A program made the translations under genes and the position numbers. From IMG/VR virus record IMGVR_UViG_3300043395_000996, positions 115,991-179,990 of that record: 64,000 nucleotides of DNA; one strand, written 5' to 3'. The notes under the pieces are model-generated. The model worked only from the letters and a program-made list of their open reading frames with translations. It was not told where the DNA came from and made no database searches. This DNA is from a virus. This document shows positions 55,128 to 64,000 of this stretch, piece by piece. Position 1 is the first letter of the stretch; each line of letters starts with the position of its first letter.

Positions 55128-55751
55128 TTATTGAACGTATGTTACGGTTACCGGAATTGTTTGTGAACCACCCGTTTCGTTACCATAAACAGTTATAGTT
55201 GTTTTGATAGTCGAAGTTAATGATGGGTTTGGAATAAATTTGAAAGTTAATCCTTTTGCGATTGCTGCTGTTGCAGATACATCATCTCCAATAAATACTG
55301 GTACTGAACCAATATCAGATGATACACCTTCACCAATGATATCTCCGGCATTTTTATTAGATAAAACGATAGTATATCCTATTGTTCTATTACCTGCTGG
55401 CGATGTTGTTGGTGATAATGCAACTTCACCACTTTTTTGATTAACTGAAATGTTAGGAACACCAAATTCTACAACTGGGATTCTTGTAGTATTTTTTGGT
55501 AAAGTTACCAACTTATACTTCATTACTTGCGTTTCATCCGGATTTGCTTCTAATACTGGCATATTTTTAATTGCCGCATCATAATAAGCACTTCCAAGTG
55601 GATGAGCCGGTTCGTATAAAGAATAATCAACCTCATCATCTGCTAAAGCAAATTGAGTGATGTTTAATCCTTGTCCAGCTGCTAATTTTTCTCTTCCTTT
55701 TTTAGTAAGAATCGCATCTACTGTCAATTCTGAATTACTTAAATATCCCAT
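55128..55751 (-). CDS. Virion structural (baseplate/fibre attachment) protein
   Basis: ILTKKGREKLA...ITQFALADD resembles phage tail-collar N-terminal motifs. Confidence 0.6.
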   Translation of the reverse strand: MGYLSNSELTVDAILTKKGREKLAAGQGLNITQFALADDEVDYSLYEPAHPLGSAYYDAAIKNMPVLEANPDETQVMKYKLVTLPKNTTRIPVVEFGVPNISVNQKSGEVALSPTTSPAGNRTIGYTIVLSNKNAGDIIGEGVSSDIGSVPVFIGDDVSATAAIAKGLTFKFIPNPSLTSTIKTTITVYGNETGGSQTIPVTVTYVQ

Positions 55752-55779
55752 AATTTATATTATTATATCTTTTGTTAAT

Positions 55780-55788
55780 TATAAATAT
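55780..55788 (-). promoter_or_regulatory. Putative late promoter motif ATATTTATA
   Basis: 29 nt upstream of the start at 55751. Confidence 0.55.
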
Positions 55789-55806
55789 ATTATTTTTAAA
55801 ATTCCG

Positions 55807-58800
55807 TTATTCTACTTCCAAAATTGGTTCGTTAGCTGCTCTACCTGCTTTATTAACTTTCAATGTATTTGGATTAGTTACGAATGTTTCAATTGGTGAA
55901 CTACCATCTAATGTAGTTGCTGCAGTGTTTTTTGAACCTTTATAGAAAGAATTTTGTAATCCTCTCGTTAAATCGGTTGTATTTCTATAATGTGTTGGCA
56001 AATATCCATTTAATGGTTTTACATCTATAATATTTCCACCAATAGATGGAACATATGAGCCAGAGAATGGTTGGATATTTAATTTAGTTTCGGTATATGT
56101 TTGTATATCTGAAACAAAACCTCCTCTCGGGTCACCCATTCCCGTAGCCGAAGCCGTTACTGCAAATTTTGCTACAATTCTTTCTTTCTCTTCAGTTACT
56201 AATTGAACTCTAACTCTTTCTTTTGTTAGTTTTCCATTTTTATCAAAATATGTTCTTATAGCAGAACCATTTTGTGCATATATACCAAATCCAATTTCTT
56301 CATATGCAGTTTGTCCAACTACTTTGGATATATCATAAATATCAATTTCAGTTAATATTGTTGGATTATCCAATTTAGCGTTTATACTTACATCTTTAGA
56401 ATAAACTTCTCCTTCCACATTGGTATTTGAATTATAATCATATTCACTTTCTAATTGATAATTCTCTCCTATTAATTGATTATTTAATGTAGAATCAATT
56501 AGTGTTTCGTATTGATTATTTTCACCTATTAATTTTTCCGATAAATTTGCGTTCAATACAACATCGTGCTGATTATTTTCAGCCATCGTTAATATATGTT
56601 TAGTTGTATCTATTAACGATTCTTTTTGATAATCTTCTCCCGTTGGTTTAGTATGTGGAACTTTACTTCTTTCTAAAAAGTGTGGTTCAATTAATAAACC
56701 AGTAGTTGCTTTAACTCTAGCCGGCAACATCTTCTTAATATCTTCAAACATTGATTTCTCATATAGTTTGATTAAGTTGATGTATGCGTAAATATCTCTA
56801 CCATCGAATCTTTGGAAATAATATTTTCTCAAAGAATCTAATTTAGAATATGTAGATTTGTAGTTATCAGATGGGTCACCAATGTAATCATCTAAATTAA
56901 TACCACCAAATGATTTAGCAATATCAATATTCAACTCTTTTGTTGGAGAGAAGAATAATCCAACTCTATTTGAATCGGTTGGTGATTGGTCGAATGCTTT
57001 TTTAGTTGCTCTACCTTTTGAAGATAAATCGGAAACCAATGTTTGTGATTCGAATCTAACTTTATTTGTAGAATAACGAGATGAACCTGCATCAGGCATC
57101 GATAATACAACACTTCTATCGATTGCTTCAAATTGATATGGGTATGTATTTACATTTTCAAATCCACTTACCGATGCTGATAATAGTGGTGTTACGTTTT
57201 CCGAATATAATGGAGAATTTGAACCATTCTCATAATCATTTCTTGTCAAACTACCACTAAAGTATATATTAGTATCAACATTTATTAATGATTGAGTAGC
57301 GTGTAAATTTTTTGGATATTCAAAATCTAAACGGAAATATAAATCATCCGTTGAAGATGAAGTATGATTACCATTAATCATTTCAGGGAATGAAACGTGC
57401 TCAAAGAATCTACCATTTGCCAATACTTCCGACCATAAACGGAATTCATCTACACTACCACTATAATTACCTCCTAATTTAATAGTAGAACCATTATTCC
57501 AATTTGTTGGAGATTGATTACTAATTGTTTCTTGGAATATTGTTCTTTCTTTTTTAGCTTGTCTTAAAGATAATTGTAAACCATCTTCCGAACCACTATG
57601 AACCATTATACCAAAGAAATCACCATTAAATAATGGTAACAATGATGATGTTATTGAATTTGAATCTGAATAATTAAATATTGCTTTACCATAATCCGAA
57701 TTTAAAGAACCGCTCAATTGAACATTCCATCCACTACCCGAAATAAGAGTTTGTGTTTGGTTTAATTTATTTGGTTTAATAAATAATTCAATTGTATTTG
57801 GTTTTCTACCTTTATCGGTATTTTTCCATTCCATTTCAATCGAAGATGTTAAATTCATCTTCAATGCGGTAGTTATATTATCAAATTCATATTTAGATTT
57901 TGAATCGGCATGTATTTCTGGTCCGCCAAATTCTAAAATTGAAAGATTTGATGATGGGATACCATAACAAGCTAATAAAGCGTAAACACCCTTCCTTGTA
58001 CCTTTATGTTTTAATAAATAAGGTAAGTTGTTTACAATTCTTCTCCAAACTTCATTTGTTCTAGCTTTAGCAGGATTTGATTCTATTTCGTTTCCTTCTG
58101 AATCTTGTCCGAACACATATTTCCATAAGTTTGCATCTGCTGCAAGATTTTTTGCATCCCATCCAAATGATTGTAATGTATCATACAATAATTTATCAGA
58201 AATTCCGTTAGAAGAATTATAACCCAATCCTCTACTCTTCTCAATTGCCTTTGTATAATAGTAAATGTTATCAAAATGCTGACCAATCATTGAAGTGAAC
58301 AATAAGAATTGGTCATTTTCTTCATTATTTACAATGTATTGAGGGATATTATTCTGAACCCAATTTGGGTTTTCAATATCAAAATCTTCAGCTAATGTAA
58401 TAATCGTATCATACCAATTACCAACTTCAGCTTGAGTTGATGCTATTCTTTGCGTTCCATTATATGGCCAACTTAATGAAGATGATGTATATAAAAACTT
58501 TTCAAATCCATCAAATCCATTTACTAATTGGTCTTTTTTAAGTTGTTGTCTTTCTCTTTCTTGTACTGCTGCAATTGATGAAGTGTGAGCTAATCCCGTT
58601 GGATTTACATATGATGCTGATATAGCAGTTTCATAAACTTCTATCAATTGTACTTTATATACAAAGTTATCTACTCTTTCTTTTGCAGAGCTGAAGTGTA
58701 CAAAGTTATCCCATAAATATGTAGAACCACTTGCATATTGAATATTTAAATCATCAGTATTTACCAATGAAGAACTTAAATATTGCGATACTAATTGAGA

Positions 58801-60483
58801 TGAGCTTGAAACGGATGCGTTTAATATCAATGAATCCAATGATTCAAAATTTGTAGATTGACCCGTTGTAAAATCAACATCTAAATCAAAATTAGGTCCT
58901 TTTAATGGCGGACAATGTAAATTATCCTGCTCCGTTAATACAATCGTTTCAACTAATGGATTTGCCATCATTTTGGTAATCCAAAGAGTTGTATTGTTTG
59001 CTATATTAGCAGATAAAGGTGAATATAATTTTAAAATTAAAGATTTAACTTCATCTTCGGGCTTTACAAATATGTTACCCAATTCATCTTCTGATTTTTT
59101 GGATAATGTCCAATTATCCTCTTCCCAAGAAGAAATTAAACTTTGCTCATCATCTCCAAAATTTCCTAAATGAGTTAAATATTTACTTTCTTTATCCGGC
59201 TCTACGATTTTTAAAGATGTTGCAAATGCTTCAAATAAAGCAGAACTAATCATGGATTCATCTAAAAATATAGATGGTAAATCTAAATTAGTTACTATTT
59301 CATAGTCGTTACCAATTAATTCCTCTACACCACCTCTATTGAATGGTTTGAATTTTAATGTAATATCTTTACTACCAACCCAATTTGGATAAGATTCTTT
59401 TAATTTCTTTAGATTGATTTTAAAAGAGCCATTTGATGGTAATGAAGATAAAAATGGAACATATGAACCATCTTTTACTTTTAATATCACATTAACGCTT
59501 GTAGTTGAATATGATGAGTATTTTACTTCATATTCTAAATTGTAATCCGAAAACGCAGGTACTACTAATTTATCAACACTAACTACTTCGGTAATTGATG
59601 GAAAATCATTTACAGAAGAATATGTTATTAATATTTCTTTTCTTACACCTGCTCCGTATGAATTACCAATTGGTACGATTAAAATCTTTTTAGTACCATA
59701 AACTTCTGCAAAGTTTTTTTGAAAATAAACTTTAAATTGTTTATCAGATGCTGGCACATCCACATAATCGTTTTCTGAAAAATATACTCTAACAAAATCT
59801 GCGTTTTGAGATGCAAATGGTATTATAGTTTCTTTTTCAGTATCGGATTCTTTTACATAAACATTATATGTATCAGAATTTAATGTTAAAGTTGGTTCTG
59901 CGAATTTAATTACTTTCTCCAATTTAACAGCAACAATAATACTTTCACCTAATGATGATGCCGGTATTGAAAATGCGTAATTTTGTTTTGTTAGTTTACT
60001 GAAATCAAATGATACGTTGTTTCCGGCATTTTTAGTTAAACCATTGTATATTCCAACAATAGAATAACCATCTGGTAAATTTCCATTTACTTGAAGATTT
60101 ACTTTACCACCATTTAAAACATTTCTAGTTATTTGACCGGTTGCTGCGTTTCTACCACTAATAGTTTTACTATCAACTATTAAATCATCGGAAGTTACAA
60201 TATCATATTTTAATGATAAAGCAGAACCAATTTCGTTATCCAAATTTGATGCAAATACAATTTCATAATTGATATTTGGATTTGGGTTAGAAATCGTTTG
60301 TTTTTCAATTATCTCAATTGGTTGTAAAATCGGATTAGTTATTGGAGTAATTGGATATGTGATTGGTCCTACTTCGGGCACATAATTTCCACCACCGGTT
60401 TCGCCAACGGTATTTAAAACATCGAATGGAATTCCTCCATTGTTGTTAGGGTCATTTGAAAGTAAATCTATTGCTTTTTCCAA
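55807..60483 (-). CDS. Large baseplate wedge-like protein with a LamG-like domain
   Basis: 1558 aa; IGQHFDNIYYY, LLKHKGT..GV.ALLACYGI and MLPARV...GLLIEPH motifs; internal LamG-like segment. Confidence 0.6.
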   Translation of the reverse strand: MEKAIDLLSNDPNNNGGIPFDVLNTVGETGGGNYVPEVGPITYPITPITNPILQPIEIIEKQTISNPNPNINYEIVFASNLDNEIGSALSLKYDIVTSDDLIVDSKTISGRNAATGQITRNVLNGGKVNLQVNGNLPDGYSIVGIYNGLTKNAGNNVSFDFSKLTKQNYAFSIPASSLGESIIVAVKLEKVIKFAEPTLTLNSDTYNVYVKESDTEKETIIPFASQNADFVRVYFSENDYVDVPASDKQFKVYFQKNFAEVYGTKKILIVPIGNSYGAGVRKEILITYSSVNDFPSITEVVSVDKLVVPAFSDYNLEYEVKYSSYSTTSVNVILKVKDGSYVPFLSSLPSNGSFKINLKKLKESYPNWVGSKDITLKFKPFNRGGVEELIGNDYEIVTNLDLPSIFLDESMISSALFEAFATSLKIVEPDKESKYLTHLGNFGDDEQSLISSWEEDNWTLSKKSEDELGNIFVKPEDEVKSLILKLYSPLSANIANNTTLWITKMMANPLVETIVLTEQDNLHCPPLKGPNFDLDVDFTTGQSTNFESLDSLILNASVSSSSQLVSQYLSSSLVNTDDLNIQYASGSTYLWDNFVHFSSAKERVDNFVYKVQLIEVYETAISASYVNPTGLAHTSSIAAVQERERQQLKKDQLVNGFDGFEKFLYTSSSLSWPYNGTQRIASTQAEVGNWYDTIITLAEDFDIENPNWVQNNIPQYIVNNEENDQFLLFTSMIGQHFDNIYYYTKAIEKSRGLGYNSSNGISDKLLYDTLQSFGWDAKNLAADANLWKYVFGQDSEGNEIESNPAKARTNEVWRRIVNNLPYLLKHKGTRKGVYALLACYGIPSSNLSILEFGGPEIHADSKSKYEFDNITTALKMNLTSSIEMEWKNTDKGRKPNTIELFIKPNKLNQTQTLISGSGWNVQLSGSLNSDYGKAIFNYSDSNSITSSLLPLFNGDFFGIMVHSGSEDGLQLSLRQAKKERTIFQETISNQSPTNWNNGSTIKLGGNYSGSVDEFRLWSEVLANGRFFEHVSFPEMINGNHTSSSTDDLYFRLDFEYPKNLHATQSLINVDTNIYFSGSLTRNDYENGSNSPLYSENVTPLLSASVSGFENVNTYPYQFEAIDRSVVLSMPDAGSSRYSTNKVRFESQTLVSDLSSKGRATKKAFDQSPTDSNRVGLFFSPTKELNIDIAKSFGGINLDDYIGDPSDNYKSTYSKLDSLRKYYFQRFDGRDIYAYINLIKLYEKSMFEDIKKMLPARVKATTGLLIEPHFLERSKVPHTKPTGEDYQKESLIDTTKHILTMAENNQHDVVLNANLSEKLIGENNQYETLIDSTLNNQLIGENYQLESEYDYNSNTNVEGEVYSKDVSINAKLDNPTILTEIDIYDISKVVGQTAYEEIGFGIYAQNGSAIRTYFDKNGKLTKERVRVQLVTEEKERIVAKFAVTASATGMGDPRGGFVSDIQTYTETKLNIQPFSGSYVPSIGGNIIDVKPLNGYLPTHYRNTTDLTRGLQNSFYKGSKNTAATTLDGSSPIETFVTNPNTLKVNKAGRAANEPILEVE

Positions 60484-60496
60484 ACTAATTCTTTAT

Positions 60497-60505
60497 TATA
60501 AATAT
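60497..60505 (-). promoter_or_regulatory. Putative late promoter motif ATATTTATA
   Basis: 14 nt upstream of the TTG start at 60483. Confidence 0.5.
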
Positions 60506-60518
60506 CTTAATGATTATT

Positions 60519-61772
60519 TTATTTATAGTTGTATGTATTTCTTACAAATTTATCAAAATTTGTAATTCCACCATTTTCATTTACACCGGTATCTATCATA
60601 CCACCACCGCCTCCGCCGCCGCCAGTAGATGGTGGTAATACGGGTGTAGGCTCTGGTAGATTAATAACCGGAGTTGGTTGTGGTTCTAATGGAGCTGGTA
60701 GGGTTATCTTTTTCTCAATGACTTCAACAATTGGTGGTAATTCACTAACACCCCCAATATTTACATTAACAGAATCTGATGTAAATACATTTCTTTTTAT
60801 TTCGTTATATGTATTGAAAGTATTTAAATTATCTTGTATTTGCTTTCTCAATTCAACTACTGCAAACTCTTTTGGTAATTGATTGAATTCCACACTTCTT
60901 CTTTTCAATCTTTTTATATTGAAAGATATACAATTATTTAATATAGATTGTATTTGTGCCATCAATTCGGTAAAATCATATTTATCACAATCATCAAATC
61001 TCTCTTCAGATTTTTTACCAAAATTAGATTGTGTTATATCGTAATATCTATTATTTAACCAATTATGAATACTATCTCTAAAATTTTCAAATATTCTAGT
61101 TCTAAATGATTGAAAATCTCTTATTCCAAAATCGTTTCTCAATATTGAAATAAAATCATTTCCAAATTTATTAACCATCATATCATCGATTTTAGTTAAT
61201 AATTTGGTTTCAAATGAATCTAGCGAATCTAATATGTTTTTCTTATAGTATTTAAAATCCGCATTTAATTTAACCAAATCATCAAATTGTTTTTTTGTAT
61301 GATTAGTTATATTTTTATCAGTTACTTTCAATGGAATAACTCGTATCTCTTCTCTCGATGGAGATATTTCGTGTATCCAAACTCTAGTCAATTCATTATC
61401 AGTTCCTACACTATTTCTTACAAAATTAATATTAACTTTAAAAATACCATTTGTGAATCCAATAGTATTTAATAATTTCTCAATATCAATTGCTAATTCT
61501 TTTTGACCACCTTTATTTGTTATTTGATAAAGATAATTTTTAATATCGGATGTTTTGATGTAAGCAACTTTGTTTCCCGATTTTTGTGGTAATAAATTAT
61601 TATTAACATCATAAACGGAAACTTCCATTACATCATACTTACAATCACCAAATTCGGTATCATCGATTTGATTTTGATTGACAATAAACAAATCATCGGC
61701 TTGAAGAAACTTACCTTCATTTTCCGAATTAGTGTTAATTGATTCTATATTTGTATATTTCTTAATGCTCAT
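60519..61772 (-). CDS. Hypothetical structural-region protein
   Basis: 417-aa ORF; WIHEISPSREEIRV motif; Pro/Gly-rich C-terminus. Confidence 0.55.
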   Translation of the reverse strand: MSIKKYTNIESINTNSENEGKFLQADDLFIVNQNQIDDTEFGDCKYDVMEVSVYDVNNNLLPQKSGNKVAYIKTSDIKNYLYQITNKGGQKELAIDIEKLLNTIGFTNGIFKVNINFVRNSVGTDNELTRVWIHEISPSREEIRVIPLKVTDKNITNHTKKQFDDLVKLNADFKYYKKNILDSLDSFETKLLTKIDDMMVNKFGNDFISILRNDFGIRDFQSFRTRIFENFRDSIHNWLNNRYYDITQSNFGKKSEERFDDCDKYDFTELMAQIQSILNNCISFNIKRLKRRSVEFNQLPKEFAVVELRKQIQDNLNTFNTYNEIKRNVFTSDSVNVNIGGVSELPPIVEVIEKKITLPAPLEPQPTPVINLPEPTPVLPPSTGGGGGGGGMIDTGVNENGGITNFDKFVRNTYNYK

Positions 61773-61778
61773 ATTCTA

Positions 61779-62921
61779 TTAGTATGAAGATGGGTGATTT
61801 TTTGTAAATCTAGTTGGATACGTTTTTGAATCTTTACTACCATCGCCTCTAGTTACAGTCAATGTTATATTTGAATTATAATCAGCACTATGACCCCAAC
61901 CAGATAACCAACCGTGATATGATGATTCAATTCCATCTCCTGCATTTTTAGCTACACCCAATGTTAAAGTTTCTTCAGCTCCAGCTGCTAGTTGGAAAGA
62001 CCATTTTGGCGATGTAATCCATTGATTTCTCATATCGGATGGTTTTGGTGCTACAATTTCAATATTAACAGGTTGAGTATCGTTGTTTATAAACTTCAAT
62101 GCACCACCACTTTCAAATTTAGTATCACCATTTTTTGGATTCATTTTACCATGTAATTTTACATTAGGTGTATTTTTTGGTCCATCAAATGATGCAACTA
62201 CAACTTTATTTATAACATCTCCGCCGGCTGCTAATGCCTGTGATTGAGTTCCTTGCTGAATAGATTGTTGTTGTTGAACTGCTCCCAATTGAGCTTGTAA
62301 ACCTTTGATAATAGCGTTTAATGAATCGATTTGTTTTATTAAAGCATTAATTTGTGCTTTGAATCCAGCGTTTTGGGATTGTAAAGCCGCTCTTAAAATA
62401 GATTCATCAACCGATTTTTGTAGCGATGTTGCTATTTGACCCGTAATATCGGTTACAGTTCCTCCCAATGTTTCCAACTGATTAACTACTACATCGTTAG
62501 TTTGTTCAATGTTTAATCTTTGGTTTATTTCAGATTGAACTTGTGTTTTCAAATCAGAAACTTCTGCATTTAAAGTAGTTACTTCAGTAGTTAATTTTGT
62601 TACTTGCTTTCTTAAATCTTCATTAGTTGCAACCTCTTCATCATAAATTGGTTTTGGAACTAAATCACGATTTATTTTAGGAATATCAGGTTTTAATTCT
62701 TTTACTTCAACGTCAACTGCTTTTAATAATTCTTCTTCATCATATTTTGGTTTATTCAATGTTTTGAATACCAAAGATGATGCTACGTTTTTATCATCAA
62801 CAATTGTTACACCATATTCATTTTTAGCAATAGATTGAGAACCCGATACACTTAATATCGATTCTAATTTAGCTTTTCTTTCCTCTTCTAATTTAAGAGC
62901 TATTGCTTCTAAATTTGTCAT
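61779..62921 (-). CDS. Coiled-coil protein with a C-terminal beta domain
   Basis: Long heptad coiled coil (aa ~95-215) followed by an Ig-like region. Confidence 0.55.
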   Translation of the reverse strand: MTNLEAIALKLEEERKAKLESILSVSGSQSIAKNEYGVTIVDDKNVASSLVFKTLNKPKYDEEELLKAVDVEVKELKPDIPKINRDLVPKPIYDEEVATNEDLRKQVTKLTTEVTTLNAEVSDLKTQVQSEINQRLNIEQTNDVVVNQLETLGGTVTDITGQIATSLQKSVDESILRAALQSQNAGFKAQINALIKQIDSLNAIIKGLQAQLGAVQQQQSIQQGTQSQALAAGGDVINKVVVASFDGPKNTPNVKLHGKMNPKNGDTKFESGGALKFINNDTQPVNIEIVAPKPSDMRNQWITSPKWSFQLAAGAEETLTLGVAKNAGDGIESSYHGWLSGWGHSADYNSNITLTVTRGDGSKDSKTYPTRFTKNHPSSY

Positions 62922-62923
62922 TA

Positions 62924-63985
62924 TTAAACTATTTCAAATGTATGATGTTCATCAATTATAGTAGAGATACCATCTTCCACTATCTTTAATTTCAACTTAT
63001 ATACTCTATTTATTGGTAATGTTCCTAAATCCATTTTAAAATAATTACCTTCCGAATCACAACTTACTTTAGTATATTCGCCAAATGGAAATATGATTTC
63101 TCCTGTCTTATAATCTTCTAATTGATAATAAGTTGTTTCTGGCAAATACTTTGTTTGGTCATATTCAAATGAAGTTCCGAAATCTTTCAATGGATATCTA
63201 TCTCTACCTTTAACTCTGATTTTTACTACCGAATCTGCTTCGTATTTTGTTTTTAAATTCTTAACAACAACTTTATAATCATCATCGGAAATGGAACCCG
63301 TTACAGGTGATAAACTTCCCGTATTGAATATTGTATCGAAATGTACTACTTCTAATTTTGGTTCGTAAATTGTATTAGTTTCTTTTGAAAAGAATTTTAA
63401 TAAACCATAATCCAATGAATCATTTTCAGCATCTAAACTATGGTGAATTACAAATCCATTATTTGGTAGCGAACCACTTACCCATAATTTTACTATGTTT
63501 GTAACATCAATTCTAACATCATCAGGCTCATTATTGAATGATTGAGATGCCATTGAAGCCGTGTACCAAGTACCACCTTCAGCGTTTGCCGAACCCGTTG
63601 TTCCTGCTACATAATATGCCGTTCCACCTATTGTATTATCTTGCCAACTATTGATACCATCTCTATATTTCCAACTAATACCATCCGATGTTATGTTATC
63701 GAATTTAGTACCCGTTCCCATAGACCAGCTTTGAGATACTGCGTTTGCATAGATGGTATATTCTAATGGAATTTCTTCTGAATTAGCAGACTTTAAATTT
63801 AAATATACTCTACTACCTTCTAAATTGATATTAGATACATCGAATTTAATAAATGTTCTTGCTATATCTTTAGTAGAACCATAATATAGTTTACCAACCT
63901 CTAATATCTCATCTCTACCTGCGTTTTGTTCAGGTTGTTGTAGGTAGATACTGGCATCGTATGATGATGTGAAAAATTTATGCAT
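62924..63985 (-). CDS. DNRLRE/CBM96-like domain structural protein
   Basis: DASIY....NAG...LEVG....RTFIKFD...EPKLEV pattern. Confidence 0.5.
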   Translation of the reverse strand: MHKFFTSSYDASIYLQQPEQNAGRDEILEVGKLYYGSTKDIARTFIKFDVSNINLEGSRVYLNLKSANSEEIPLEYTIYANAVSQSWSMGTGTKFDNITSDGISWKYRDGINSWQDNTIGGTAYYVAGTTGSANAEGGTWYTASMASQSFNNEPDDVRIDVTNIVKLWVSGSLPNNGFVIHHSLDAENDSLDYGLLKFFSKETNTIYEPKLEVVHFDTIFNTGSLSPVTGSISDDDYKVVVKNLKTKYEADSVVKIRVKGRDRYPLKDFGTSFEYDQTKYLPETTYYQLEDYKTGEIIFPFGEYTKVSCDSEGNYFKMDLGTLPINRVYKLKLKIVEDGISTIIDEHHTFEIV

Positions 63986-64000
63986 ATTATAAAGCTCTTC

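Noticed and set aside
60601-60635. GC-rich CCG/CCA microsatellite
   Set aside because: It simply encodes a poly-Gly/Pro linker in ORF 60519-61772.
3957-61472. Numerous plus-strand ORFs in the ORF track (e.g. 3957-4205, 4747-5148, 9127-9558, 12794-13213, 20817-21240, 60529-60882)
   Set aside because: All lie antisense to well-supported minus-strand genes and have the Phe/Ser/Leu-rich composition of shadow frames, with no recognisable motifs.
1-64000. Alternative genetic code (TAG or TGA recoding), as seen in some huge phages
   Set aside because: Long genes are intact under the standard code. TAG ends the radical SAM gene (34681) immediately before the next ATG, and TGA occurs in ATGA couplings (22411, 50284).
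1-64000. CRISPR arrays, tRNAs, rRNAs, integrase or IS elements
   Set aside because: No regularly spaced repeats, cloverleaf-like segments or transposase/integrase motifs were seen by eye, and intergenic space is too small. tRNAscan would confirm.

Overview
A strongly AT-rich, gene-dense segment of a large T4-superfamily-like (jumbo/huge) dsDNA phage, almost entirely encoded on the minus strand in the standard genetic code. In coordinate order it holds neck genes (gp15/gp14/gp13-like), major capsid, scaffold, a phage ribosomal protein bS21, small head-associated proteins, prohead protease, portal and large terminase. Next come three membrane/lysis-like genes, a 1766-aa multi-enzyme protein, and a ~19 kb glycan synthesis and modification island. 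The rest holds a tail fibre/adhesin pair, a lone plus-strand ribbon-helix-helix gene, a fused Mre11-Rad50 nuclease, primase, a T7-type endonuclease I and baseplate/tail structural genes. A Bacteroidota host is inferred from four TTTG-N20-TAnnTTTG promoters, a Flavobacterium-like bS21 and a DUF5977-like module. Three candidates stand out as undescribed. (1) The 1766-aa protein looks like a virion-packaged effector polyprotein (HIGH nucleotidyltransferase, zincin protease, putative RNase, putative ADP-ribosyltransferase, RNA-ligase-like domain), with domains separated by gp21-type x-x-Glu sites. (2) The glycan island contains a split, minimal ThDP E1alpha/E1beta pair, a radical SAM enzyme, a 2OG oxygenase and GT7 enzymes with a LamG insert. 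(3) A recurrent ATATTTATA late-promoter motif precedes eleven genes. All family assignments come from motif recognition by eye; no database search was run.
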